13,712 bases of DNA from contig CBFDTJ010000039.1 in NCBI GenBank assembly GCA_965612865.1, positions 1 to 13,712 of the forward strand. The letters are read 5' to 3'. A program made the position numbers and the translations under genes. Shown here in pieces: positions 1 through 8,337 of this stretch. The DNA is from an uncultured bacterium. GTDB lineage: Bacteria > Caldisericota > Caldisericia > B22-G15. Within the stretch, counting starts at the first letter, position 1. Each line of letters opens with the position of its first letter. The notes below the pieces were generated by a model. That model was not told the origin of the DNA, did not search any database, and saw only the letters and a program-made list of their open reading frames with translations.

Positions 1-1090
1 GTAAATCGTCGGGTACACTCTCTCCTATCTCAACAAGTCTATCAGAAATGTATCTGTAGAGTTCCTTATTCTCCTTTAACACACTCATAACAACATCGAT
101 ATTTTTCTTAAACTGCTTCATGATCTCGTCGTAAGTACCTGGCGCTGGTTCACCAAATCCAACGAATTTAACTCCGTACTTGTCCTGAAATGGTTTCTTC
201 GTTTCCCAGAAAACTTCTGAATTCATCTTGTGAGGTGAACCATGGGATTTGTTGTCATATTTGAGGTAATCTCTCCCCTTACGGGTTTTAAACCATGCAG
301 CATTTGGAATGTTCTTCTTCACATCTGTAAATAGTTTCTCAACAGTCTCGGCAACAGTTTCCCACTTCATACCTTCTTCAGTTCCCACTACTCTCCAGCC
401 ATGTGAAGAAAACCATGTCTCGGGTGTTCCATAAACAGTTTCTTTAAGAGGATGGTCATCTATACCAAAATTGTTCCAGTCAATAAGATAGAAGAGGTTA
501 TCAAGTCCCAATGACCACGAAGAGTTTAATACTTCGTGAGTTACTCCGGGTGTAAGACCTGCATCACCTTCAATGGCTATCACCTTTACCCCATCTGCTC
601 CAAGTCTTTTAAGGGCAATGGCCTCTCCCACTGCTGCTGCTGAACCATGACCGGAAGGACCTGTGTTAAACTTCAACAGGAGTGTTTTACCACCCATCTC
701 TGCATGTCCTGGAAGTCCACCTCTCCTTCTAAATCCAAGAAGATCCTCAGGATAAAGTGTCTTCTCCTTTGATTTCGGTAGATACTTTTCATCCTTCGTC
801 TCCTGATACCTTAATCTCATAGCTTCATTAAAAACTGAAAGAACAGCGTATATAAGAGGTATGGTATGACCTGCCACGAGAATGATTCTGTCATTGAAAG
901 GTTTTTCTGGTTCTCTTATATCATATCTTGCAAAACCAGAAAGAAGCGTTGAAACTGTTAAATGGACTTTAGACCTCGAACCCCCTGGATGACCACTCTG
1001 CCTGTAATTTAACATTAAATCAATGAGCTGGTCAACTAAATCCTTGATAATTTCCCATTTTTCAAACTCTTCCTTTTTAATCTTTTCCAT
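1..1090 (-). CDS. tkt: Transketolase-family TPP-dependent enzyme, N-terminal part (truncated by left window edge)
   Basis: Not in the ORF track. Manual translation from ATG at 1090 stays open to the edge: MEKIKKEEFEKWEIIKDLVDQLIDLMLNYRQSGHPGGSRSK...DRIILVAGH...GLPGHAEM...NTGPSGHG...EGDAGLTPG...IDWNN...KTRKG...SHGSP. These match the transketolase motifs SGHPG, DRxxLSxGH, GHP, TGPLGQG, GDG..N and HG.P. SD GGAGAGGAG at 1093-1101 (minus). Confidence 0.85.
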   Translation of the reverse strand, partial: MEKIKKEEFEKWEIIKDLVDQLIDLMLNYRQSGHPGGSRSKVHLTVSTLLSGFARYDIREPEKPFNDRIILVAGHTIPLIYAVLSVFNEAMRLRYQETKDEKYLPKSKEKTLYPEDLLGFRRRGGLPGHAEMGGKTLLLKFNTGPSGHGSAAAVGEAIALKRLGADGVKVIAIEGDAGLTPGVTHEVLNSSWSLGLDNLFYLIDWNNFGIDDHPLKETVYGTPETWFSSHGWRVVGTEEGMKWETVAETVEKLFTDVKKNIPNAAWFKTRKGRDYLKYDNKSHGSPHKMNSEVFWETKKPFQDKYGVKFVGFGEPAPGTYDEIMKQFKKNIDVVMSVLKENKELYRYISDRLVEIGESVPDDL

Positions 1091-1134
1091 AACTCCTCTC
1101 CGTAATTTAATTCTTTAAGATTATTTCAAGAAAG

Positions 1135-1145
1135 ATTATAACATA
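1135..1145 (-). promoter_or_regulatory. Putative extended -10 promoter (TATGTTATAAT) for the transketolase gene
   Basis: Perfect TRTGnTATAAT on the minus strand about 45 nt upstream of the ATG; no convincing -35. Confidence 0.55.
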
Positions 1146-1180
1146 AAAGTAGCTTTCACACATAAATAACTTAAAAATAC

Positions 1181-1207
1181 TGTGCTATAATATCTTTAAA
1201 AAGGAGG
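1181..1207 (+). promoter_or_regulatory. Putative extended -10 promoter (TGTGCTATAAT, 1181-1191) and SD (AAGGAGG, 1201-1207) of alaS
   Basis: TRTGnTATAAT followed by a strong SD and ATG at 1211. Confidence 0.65.
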
Positions 1208-1210
1208 TAA

Positions 1211-3817
1211 ATGATTAAGACATCGAAAGAGATAAGAGAAGAGTTTTTAAAGTTCTTTGAAGATAGGGGTCACTTGAGACTCCCTTCATTTTCTTTAATA
1301 CCAAAGGATCCAACACTTCTATTTACAGCAGCGGGAATGGTTCCTTTAAAATCCTATTTTCTGGGAGAGGAAAAACCTCCAAATCCAAGAATAACCACAT
1401 GTCAGGCATGTATAAGAACAAACGACATCGAACAGGTGGGAAAGACTATAAGACACCATACTTTCTTTGAGATGCTTGGTAATTTTTCCATCGGTGACTA
1501 TTTTAAAGAAGATGCAATCCCATGGGCATATGAACTTGTTACAAAAATATATGGTTTGCCTAAAGAGAAACTGTGGGTTTCAGTGTATCCGGATGACGAT
1601 GAAGCTTATAGTTTGTGGAGGAAAATTGGGATACCTGAAGATAGAATTGTAAAACTTGAGGATAACTTCTGGCAGATGGGGGAAGAAGGACCGTGTGGTC
1701 CTGACTCAGAGATTTATTTCGACCTTGGAGAAGATTTCCCGTGCGAAAAGGCTGAACTTGGACCAGCATCTGATTGTGATAGATTTCTTGAAATATGGAA
1801 TCTCGTGTTCACTCAATTTGATAGAAAAAAAGATGGAACTCTTACCCCATTGCCTCGTAAAAATATAGACACAGGGATGGGGCTTGAAAGAATAACCATG
1901 GTACTTGAAGGAAAGAGAAGTAACTTTGAAACAGATCTATTTTCTGGAATTATAGAAAAAATAGGAAAGGTTACAGGCAAAGATTACAAAGAAAATATTT
2001 ATTCCTTTAGAGTTATTGCAGACCATATAAGAGCAGTGACATTTTTAATATCTGAAGGTCTATTTCCCTCCAATGAAGGGAGAGGGTATGTTTTAAGGAG
2101 ACTTATCAGAAGAAGCTTTTCTTCTGGATGGAGTCTTGGATTAAGAGAGCCTTTCTTGTTCAAAATATACCCATCAGTTGTAGAATCCTTAGGAGATGTT
2201 TATCCTCTCATAAAAGAGAAAAGGGAAATTATTGAGAAAGTTCTTGTTTCTGAGGAAAAAAGTTTTATAAACACATTGAGCAGGGGACTTGATTATCTAA
2301 CACAGATTGCAGAAAAAACTTTATCCAGAAAAGAAAGAATAGTTTCAGGAAAAGATATATTCTTCCTGTACGATACCTATGGATTTCCCAAAGAACTTGC
2401 TGAAGATATACTCTCTGGATACAATCTAACCTTCAATAAAAAGGAGTTCGAAGAGACACTTAAGGAGTCAAGAAAAAAGAGTAGAGTGATTCAAAAAGAA
2501 AGTGGCGTTTTTTCGATGGATTTAAATTATATAAAACTCAAGGAAACCCTTGGAGAAACAAAATTTACAGGTTATACTACACTTTCTCAGAAATCAAAGA
2601 TTATCTATCTTTTAAAAAATGGGCAATCTGTAAACGAATTAAAAGCTGGGGAAGAGGGAATTGTTATGCTTGATAAGACACCATTTTATGGAGAGAAGGG
2701 TGGACAGGTGGGAGATAAAGGAAAAATATATGGAGATAACTTTGACCTGGAAGTTATAGATACAAAACATCCTGTTGAGAATTTCATTATTCATCTTGTA
2801 AGGGTAAACAAAGGCTCTGTAAGTGTGAATTCAGAGGCAGTTGCTGAAGTAGATTACGAGAGAAGGAAAGGCATTCAAAGAGCACATACAGCAACACATC
2901 TACTGCATAAGGCTCTCAGAGAAGTTCTGGGAGAACACGCTCTACAGAAAGGTTCTCTTGTTGATGAAGATTACTTAAGATTCGATTTCTCACATTTTTC
3001 TCCTTTAGAGTATGAAGAGATAAAGAAAATAGAAGACAGGGTAGTTGAAGCAATATACAGAGAAATTCCTGTGAACTGGGAAATAAAAGACATTGAGGAA
3101 GCAAAAAAGGAGGGAGCAGTTGCGCTCTTTGGAGAAAAATATGGGGAAAAAGTAAGAGTGGTTTCTGTAGAGGGGCTAACCAAAGAATTCTGTGGAGGCA
3201 CCCATGTATCCAACACAATGGAGATAGGAATTTTTAAGATAATCTCTGAGAGAGGTATTGGCTCAAATTTAAGAAGAATCGAAGCCTATACAGGAAAGAA
3301 AGCTTTCAACTACATGAGAGAACTTGAAGAACGAGAAAAGGAAATATCAGGACTTCTTGGAGTACCCGGTGAGAATGCAATTGAAAGAATTAAAGAGATA
3401 AAACAGAAACTAAAAGAAAAAGACAGGGAATATCTGGAACTTAAAAAGAGACTTCTTAGTATAATAGCACGAGAGAAAATATCAAAGGCAGAAAAAATCT
3501 CAAGCATAAGCTTCATTACTGTAAGGGATAGGTTTATTAACCCGGATGATTCCTATATATTGTTTGACGAGATTAAAAATAAAATAAAGGATTTTGTCCT
3601 GCTCGTAGTCTCTGGAAAGGAAGAAAAAAATATAAGTATCTTTGTTTCAGACTCTATAAAGGAAACAATTACAGCAAAGAGTCTCATGGATTATCTAAAA
3701 ACCTCCATGGGTGTAAAGGGAGGGGGAAGAGACAACAATGCACGGGGAAGAGTCAACAATTCAAAAGGCATAGAAGAAATTCTTAGAAAGGAAATAGAGA
3801 GAAGAATTGCCGCCTAA
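1211..3817 (+). CDS. alaS: Alanine--tRNA ligase
   Basis: 868 aa. Contains DPTLLFTAAGM, HHTFFEMLGNFSIGDYFK, GPCGPDSEI, EIWNLVF, IDTGMGLER and GRGYVLRRLIRR; editing-domain HTATHLLH and CGGTHV; C-Ala KGGGR. Confidence 0.99.
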   Translation: MIKTSKEIREEFLKFFEDRGHLRLPSFSLIPKDPTLLFTAAGMVPLKSYFLGEEKPPNPRITTCQACIRTNDIEQVGKTIRHHTFFEMLGNFSIGDYFKEDAIPWAYELVTKIYGLPKEKLWVSVYPDDDEAYSLWRKIGIPEDRIVKLEDNFWQMGEEGPCGPDSEIYFDLGEDFPCEKAELGPASDCDRFLEIWNLVFTQFDRKKDGTLTPLPRKNIDTGMGLERITMVLEGKRSNFETDLFSGIIEKIGKVTGKDYKENIYSFRVIADHIRAVTFLISEGLFPSNEGRGYVLRRLIRRSFSSGWSLGLREPFLFKIYPSVVESLGDVYPLIKEKREIIEKVLVSEEKSFINTLSRGLDYLTQIAEKTLSRKERIVSGKDIFFLYDTYGFPKELAEDILSGYNLTFNKKEFEETLKESRKKSRVIQKESGVFSMDLNYIKLKETLGETKFTGYTTLSQKSKIIYLLKNGQSVNELKAGEEGIVMLDKTPFYGEKGGQVGDKGKIYGDNFDLEVIDTKHPVENFIIHLVRVNKGSVSVNSEAVAEVDYERRKGIQRAHTATHLLHKALREVLGEHALQKGSLVDEDYLRFDFSHFSPLEYEEIKKIEDRVVEAIYREIPVNWEIKDIEEAKKEGAVALFGEKYGEKVRVVSVEGLTKEFCGGTHVSNTMEIGIFKIISERGIGSNLRRIEAYTGKKAFNYMRELEEREKEISGLLGVPGENAIERIKEIKQKLKEKDREYLELKKRLLSIIAREKISKAEKISSISFITVRDRFINPDDSYILFDEIKNKIKDFVLLVVSGKEEKNISIFVSDSIKETITAKSLMDYLKTSMGVKGGGRDNNARGRVNNSKGIEEILRKEIERRIAA

Positions 3818-3889
3818 AGTATTGTTGCATGTTAAATCATCTCAAAGTTATAGGGATGTAAATTACACCATAGATGTAGAGGTGCTTCA

Positions 3890-4306
3890 GTGAGAATTTT
3901 AGGAATTGATTGGGGAGATAAAAAAATGGGTGTTGCCATATCAGATCCAATGAACATTATTGCCAGAGGCGTTGGTGTCTTTTATGGAGAAGAGAAGGAG
4001 AAGATAGAGAAATTAAGGGAAATGGTCGATAGATTTAATGTGGAATTAATAGTTCTTGGCTTTCCTTTAAGTTTATCTGGAGAGGTTGGGAAACAGGCAG
4101 AGAAGATTCTAAAAGTGAAAGAAAAGATTGAGACCACACTTAAAATAAAGGTTGAACTTGTAGATGAAAGGTTTACAACCAAGATAGCAAACACCCCAAT
4201 CAAAAAATCAAAGGAGAAAAGAAAGAAGGGAAGAAAAAAGGTTTTAGATGACGATACATCTTCTGCTATAATAATTTTAAATAGCTATCTGGAGAGACTA
4301 AGGTGA
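3890..4306 (+). CDS. ruvX: YqgF/RuvX family RNase H-fold nuclease (pre-16S rRNA processing)
   Basis: MRILGIDWGDKKMGVAISD, VDERFTT, D..SAIIILNSYL; GTG start with SD GAGGTG; usual position downstream of alaS. Confidence 0.95.
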   Translation: MRILGIDWGDKKMGVAISDPMNIIARGVGVFYGEEKEKIEKLREMVDRFNVELIVLGFPLSLSGEVGKQAEKILKVKEKIETTLKIKVELVDERFTTKIANTPIKKSKEKRKKGRKKVLDDDTSSAIIILNSYLERLR

Positions 4307-5286
4307 AAATCTTAAAGATTTTTCTATTTGCTTTATTTGTTTCAGTACTAATCATTGCAATAGGCTTCTATGCCTATGAAGAAATGCTCCCTCCGGAAAC
4401 TTTTAAACCTACAAAGATAACTGTGCCCGAAAATTCCACAGTTCAGCAAATAGCAGAAATTGCCTATGACAATAGTCTGATTAAAAATAAAACCTTATTT
4501 GTGCTTCTGTCCAAATACTACAAAATTGATAAGGATTTAAAGTCTGGTATATATACCTTTGATAAAAAAATGGATTTAAGAGAAGTGCTACTTAAATTTA
4601 CAGAGGGAGGAATTCCCCCTTATGTGAAAGTGACAATACCAGAAGGTTACACATTAAGGGAGATTGAGGAAGCTTTTATCAAAAACAAAATATGCTCAAA
4701 GGAAGATTTTGAGAGGGAGGTATCCAATATAGACAAGTATAGAGACTATATTTTTGATGGAGTAGATACCCTTGAAGGTTTTTTATATCCTGACACCTAT
4801 TTCTTTGAAAGAGAGAAGGTGGAAAAGGATATAAAAATGATGCTTGAAAATTTTAAGTCAAAGTGTAGTCACCTTTTTAAGGAATACAAAGGGGATCTTT
4901 CAAATTATGAGGTTCTCATACTGGCATCAATTGTGGAAAAAGAAGCTCAGATAGACGAAGAAAGGAAGATAATTGCCTCAGTTTTTATAAACAGGTTAAA
5001 ACTGGGAATGAAACTTCAGGCAGACCCAACATTAAAGTATGTTTTACCTGATGCCGGGTATACTCTTACATCCAAAGAGCTTGAAATTGACTCCCCCTAT
5101 AACACATATAAATATGCAGGACTTCCCCCAACACCTATATGTAATCCATCTGTCAAATCCATAGAAGCTGTGATACATCCAGCTAAAACAGACTTCCTTT
5201 ACTTTGTGGCAAAGGGAGATGGAACCCATCTTTTTGCAGAAACATATGATGAGCATTTAAAAAATATAAGAAAGGTGATGCCATGA
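4303..5286 (+). CDS. mltG: Endolytic transglycosylase MltG (YceG family)
   Basis: N-terminal TM helix; [25 protein letters not shown] (catalytic Glu), [33 protein letters not shown]. Confidence 0.96.
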   Translation: MKILKIFLFALFVSVLIIAIGFYAYEEMLPPETFKPTKITVPENSTVQQIAEIAYDNSLIKNKTLFVLLSKYYKIDKDLKSGIYTFDKKMDLREVLLKFTEGGIPPYVKVTIPEGYTLREIEEAFIKNKICSKEDFEREVSNIDKYRDYIFDGVDTLEGFLYPDTYFFEREKVEKDIKMMLENFKSKCSHLFKEYKGDLSNYEVLILASIVEKEAQIDEERKIIASVFINRLKLGMKLQADPTLKYVLPDAGYTLTSKELEIDSPYNTYKYAGLPPTPICNPSVKSIEAVIHPAKTDFLYFVAKGDGTHLFAETYDEHLKNIRKVMP

Positions 5287-5906
5287 AAAAAAACATACTC
5301 ATTGGTATTGCAGGAGGTTCGGGGTCGGGAAAAACCACTGTTGCTTTAAAAATAAAGGAAAAGGTGGGAGAGGATATACTTATACTTGACATGGATTCCT
5401 ATTATAAAGATCACTCTCATATTCCTTTTGAGGAAAGAGTAAAAATAAATTACGATCATCCGGATGCATTTGATTTTCCACTACTTATAAACCACCTAAA
5501 AAAACTTGTACAGGGGAAAAGCATAGAAAAACCTGTATACTCCTTCGTGGAATACGTAAGACTTAAAGAAACGCAGAAAATAGAACCCAAAAAGATAATT
5601 ATAATTGAGGGAATACTCTCCCTCTTTGATGAAGGATTGAGGAGACTGATGGACATAAAGATATATGTGGATACTGATCCAGATGTAAGATTTATAAGAA
5701 GACTCTTAAGGGATATAAAAGAGAGGGGGAGGTCTCTTGATTCAGTCGTTGCTCAATATCTTGAAATAGTTAGACCCATGCACATTCAGTTTGTTGAACC
5801 AACAAAAAGATTTGCAGATATCATCATCCCGGAGGGTGGATTCAACATTGTTGCTGTGGATATGATAGTTGGAAGGATAAAAGAATTATTAAAGGAGATA
5901 GCATGA
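5283..5906 (+). CDS. udk: Uridine kinase
   Basis: [13 protein letters not shown]-loop, [49 protein letters not shown]. Confidence 0.97.
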   Translation: MKKNILIGIAGGSGSGKTTVALKIKEKVGEDILILDMDSYYKDHSHIPFEERVKINYDHPDAFDFPLLINHLKKLVQGKSIEKPVYSFVEYVRLKETQKIEPKKIIIIEGILSLFDEGLRRLMDIKIYVDTDPDVRFIRRLLRDIKERGRSLDSVVAQYLEIVRPMHIQFVEPTKRFADIIIPEGGFNIVAVDMIVGRIKELLKEIA

Positions 5907-6139
5907 AGGAATTTACCATCAGAATGTACTTTCCAAAGGAAGAAATAGGTTTTGTTCAGAGTTTGCTTGAATCTTTAGAGGGAGAGGCAATGATACTTTT
6001 TACCTTTGTTAACAACAACCTTGGTGTTATGGATGTTTCCTTTGATGAGAGTTTTCTTCCAGAAATTACTGACTTTCTCACACAGGTTGCTAAATACATT
6101 CCTATAATTTACGAACCATTAGAGATAGGAAATGCTTAA
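5903..6139 (+). CDS. Small hypothetical protein, resembles the DUF4911 family (ACT/ferredoxin-like fold pattern)
   Basis: 78 aa; SD AAGGAG; ATGA overlap with udk and 8-nt overlap with yqeG. The pattern [17 protein letters not shown]...G.MDV recalls DUF4911; the family call is from memory only. Confidence 0.7.
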   Translation: MKEFTIRMYFPKEEIGFVQSLLESLEGEAMILFTFVNNNLGVMDVSFDESFLPEITDFLTQVAKYIPIIYEPLEIGNA

Positions 6140-6623
6140 GCTCCTGAAACCAAAGGAATCCTTTAAAAGAATAGAAGATATAGACCTAAAAAAATATGTA
6201 GATACCTTCGATGCACTTATTATTGATCTTGATAATACGCTGGTAACAAGGGGAAGCGAGTATATAGAGGAAGATGTTTTAAAGTGGATAGAATATGCAA
6301 GAAAGCACTTTAAGATAGGAGTTATATCAAATAATTATAAAAACAGGGTGAAATTCATAGAGAAGAGATTTGGTTTCCCTTCCATAGGTAGAGGATTCAA
6401 ACCTTTGCCTTTCTCGTTTAAAAAACTTATAAAGATGCTTAAGACTAAAAAGGAGAAGACCATTGTAATTGGAGATCAGATTTTTACAGATATTCTTGGA
6501 GGCAATCTACTTGGGTGCCACACAATTCTGGTTGAACCAAAAGATAGATCAAAAGATTTCTTTTTGACAAAGATAACAAGGTTTTTTGAATCTCTTTTTA
6601 GAAAAAAATATACTGTGATATAA
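6132..6623 (+). CDS. yqeG: YqeG family HAD IIIA phosphatase
   Basis: DLDNTL (motif I), ISNN, KP, IGDQIFTDILGGNLLGCHTILVEP. Confidence 0.93.
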   Translation: MLKLLKPKESFKRIEDIDLKKYVDTFDALIIDLDNTLVTRGSEYIEEDVLKWIEYARKHFKIGVISNNYKNRVKFIEKRFGFPSIGRGFKPLPFSFKKLIKMLKTKKEKTIVIGDQIFTDILGGNLLGCHTILVEPKDRSKDFFLTKITRFFESLFRKKYTVI

Positions 6624-6624
6624 T
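6614..6624 (+). promoter_or_regulatory. Putative extended -10 promoter (TGTGATATAAT) for a leaderless pilB transcript
   Basis: Perfect TRTGnTATAAT overlapping the yqeG stop; 6 nt separate it from the pilB ATG; no SD is present. Confidence 0.6.
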
Positions 6625-6630
6625 TTTGGT

Positions 6631-8337
6631 ATGGGTAGAAATGACCTTATAGGTAATATGCTTGTCTCCAGTGGAATCATTACTGAGGAGCAGCTCAAAG
6701 AAGCCCTCGAGGAGCAGAAAAAAACAGGGGAAAGGCTTCTGGATATACTGAAGAGATTGGGGTCAATAGATGAAGAAACCCTTGCCAAAATTATAGCAAA
6801 GCAGTGGGGTTATCCATACATTGATCTTTCCACCGTTGAAATAGACAAAGAAACTGTACATCTTATAAGTGAAGAAATAGCCAGAAGATTTGAAGTTATA
6901 CCTTTTGGAAGAACTGAAGAAGGCGAGATCATGGTTGCTATTTCTGATCCAACAAACATTTTTGCTATTGACTTTCTGAGAAATTACCTGAACAATGTAA
7001 AGATATATGTAGCATCAAAAGAATCCATCATAGGAAATATTGAAAAATACTACTCCATGGAGAAAACTGTAAAAGAAGCAGTTATGGAAATGACAGGCGG
7101 TGTGGAAGTTGAAACTGAAGAAGAGGGAACCGAACTTTCCATTGATGAAGCGAGAAGTTTAGCAGAGACAGCACCTATCATAAGACTGATGAATCAGATA
7201 ATAACTGAAGCAATTATATCCCGGGCTTCAGATATTCACATTGAACCTCAGAAAAGATCGGTAAGGGTAAGGTACAGAATAGACGGAGTTTTAAATGATG
7301 CCATGTCTCTACCCAAAAACATCCAGCCCGGACTTGTTTCAAGGGTAAAAATTATGGCAAATCTTGACATTGCCGAGAGAAGAAGACCTCAGGATGGAAG
7401 AATCAACATAAAATTTAGGGGAAGGGAGATAGACTTAAGAATTTCCATTCTTCCAGCAATATTTGGAGAAAAGGTTGTGATGAGAATCCTTGACAAGGAA
7501 AGATCTCTCATTCCCTTAGAGAGACTTGGATTCTCCGAGGATAGTTTAACCATATTCAAATCATTGATTACCCAGCCTTATGGAATGATACTTATCACTG
7601 GTCCAACCGGCTCTGGTAAGTCAACAACTCTTTATGCAGTGTTAAGGATTCTCAACTCACCAAAAGTTAACATTCTCACCGCTGAAGATCCTGTAGAATA
7701 TCAACTTGATGGAATAACACAGCTTCAGGTTAACCCTAAAATTGGATTGACCTTTGCCAATGCTTTAAGATCCTTCTTGAGACAGGACCCGGATATAATT
7801 CTTGTTGGAGAGATAAGAGATAGAGAAACTGCTCAAATAGCCATGGAGGCAGCTTTAACAGGACACCTTGTTTTCTCCACCCTCCACACAAATGACTCCT
7901 TCTCTGCACCTACGAGACTTATCGACATGGGGATAGAACCATACCTTATAGCATCTGCCCTCATTGGAGTTACTGCCCAGAGATTGGTAAGAAAGATATG
8001 CAACAACTGTAAAAAAGAGATTAAACCAAGTAGATACATGCTTGAGCAACTTGGAATTGAGGATGAAGATATAACCTTCTACAAGGGAGAGGGGTGTCCT
8101 ATATGTAATAATACAGGATACAAAGGAAGAATAGCAGTTCAGGAGATTTTAAAGATAGATGACAACATAAGAGAGATGATTCTTAAGAGAGCATCATCCA
8201 CAGAAATAAAAGAGTATGCTGTGAAGAATGGGACGAAAACACTTCTACAGGATGCACTTGATAAGGCACGCAAAGGTATAACCACCCTTGAAGAAGTATT
8301 AAGAGTTATATCAACTGTGGAGGTAATGGAAGGATGA
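6631..8337 (+). CDS. pilB: Type IV pilus assembly ATPase PilB (GspE/PulE family) with N-terminal MshEN-like domain
   Basis: ASDIHIEP, RYRIDGVL, LDIAERRRPQDGR, GPTGSGKSTT, EDPVEY, LRQDPDIILVGEIRD, TGHLVFSTLHTN; Zn motif CNNC...CPIC; GYKGR. Confidence 0.95.
   Translation: MGRNDLIGNMLVSSGIITEEQLKEALEEQKKTGERLLDILKRLGSIDEETLAKIIAKQWGYPYIDLSTVEIDKETVHLISEEIARRFEVIPFGRTEEGEIMVAISDPTNIFAIDFLRNYLNNVKIYVASKESIIGNIEKYYSMEKTVKEAVMEMTGGVEVETEEEGTELSIDEARSLAETAPIIRLMNQIITEAIISRASDIHIEPQKRSVRVRYRIDGVLNDAMSLPKNIQPGLVSRVKIMANLDIAERRRPQDGRINIKFRGREIDLRISILPAIFGEKVVMRILDKERSLIPLERLGFSEDSLTIFKSLITQPYGMILITGPTGSGKSTTLYAVLRILNSPKVNILTAEDPVEYQLDGITQLQVNPKIGLTFANALRSFLRQDPDIILVGEIRDRETAQIAMEAALTGHLVFSTLHTNDSFSAPTRLIDMGIEPYLIASALIGVTAQRLVRKICNNCKKEIKPSRYMLEQLGIEDEDITFYKGEGCPICNNTGYKGRIAVQEILKIDDNIREMILKRASSTEIKEYAVKNGTKTLLQDALDKARKGITTLEEVLRVISTVEVMEG

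Noticed and set aside
1467..3516. Short alternative-frame and antisense ORFs inside alaS (1467-1652, 1560-1769, 1656-1868, 2916-3218, 2971-3216, 3310-3516)
   Set aside because: They are fully nested in a conserved gene, show the S/F/L-rich composition typical of shadow frames, and carry no recognisable motifs
3800..3817. AlaS ends in -RRIAA, resembling an ssrA/ClpX C-terminal degron
   Set aside because: A two-to-three-residue match is easily due to chance and there is no supporting evidence
4198..4242. Lys/Arg-rich, A-rich stretch in ruvX (KKSKEKRKKGRKK) as a possible repeat or slippage site
   Set aside because: It corresponds to the normally basic, variable loop of YqgF proteins and the frame is intact
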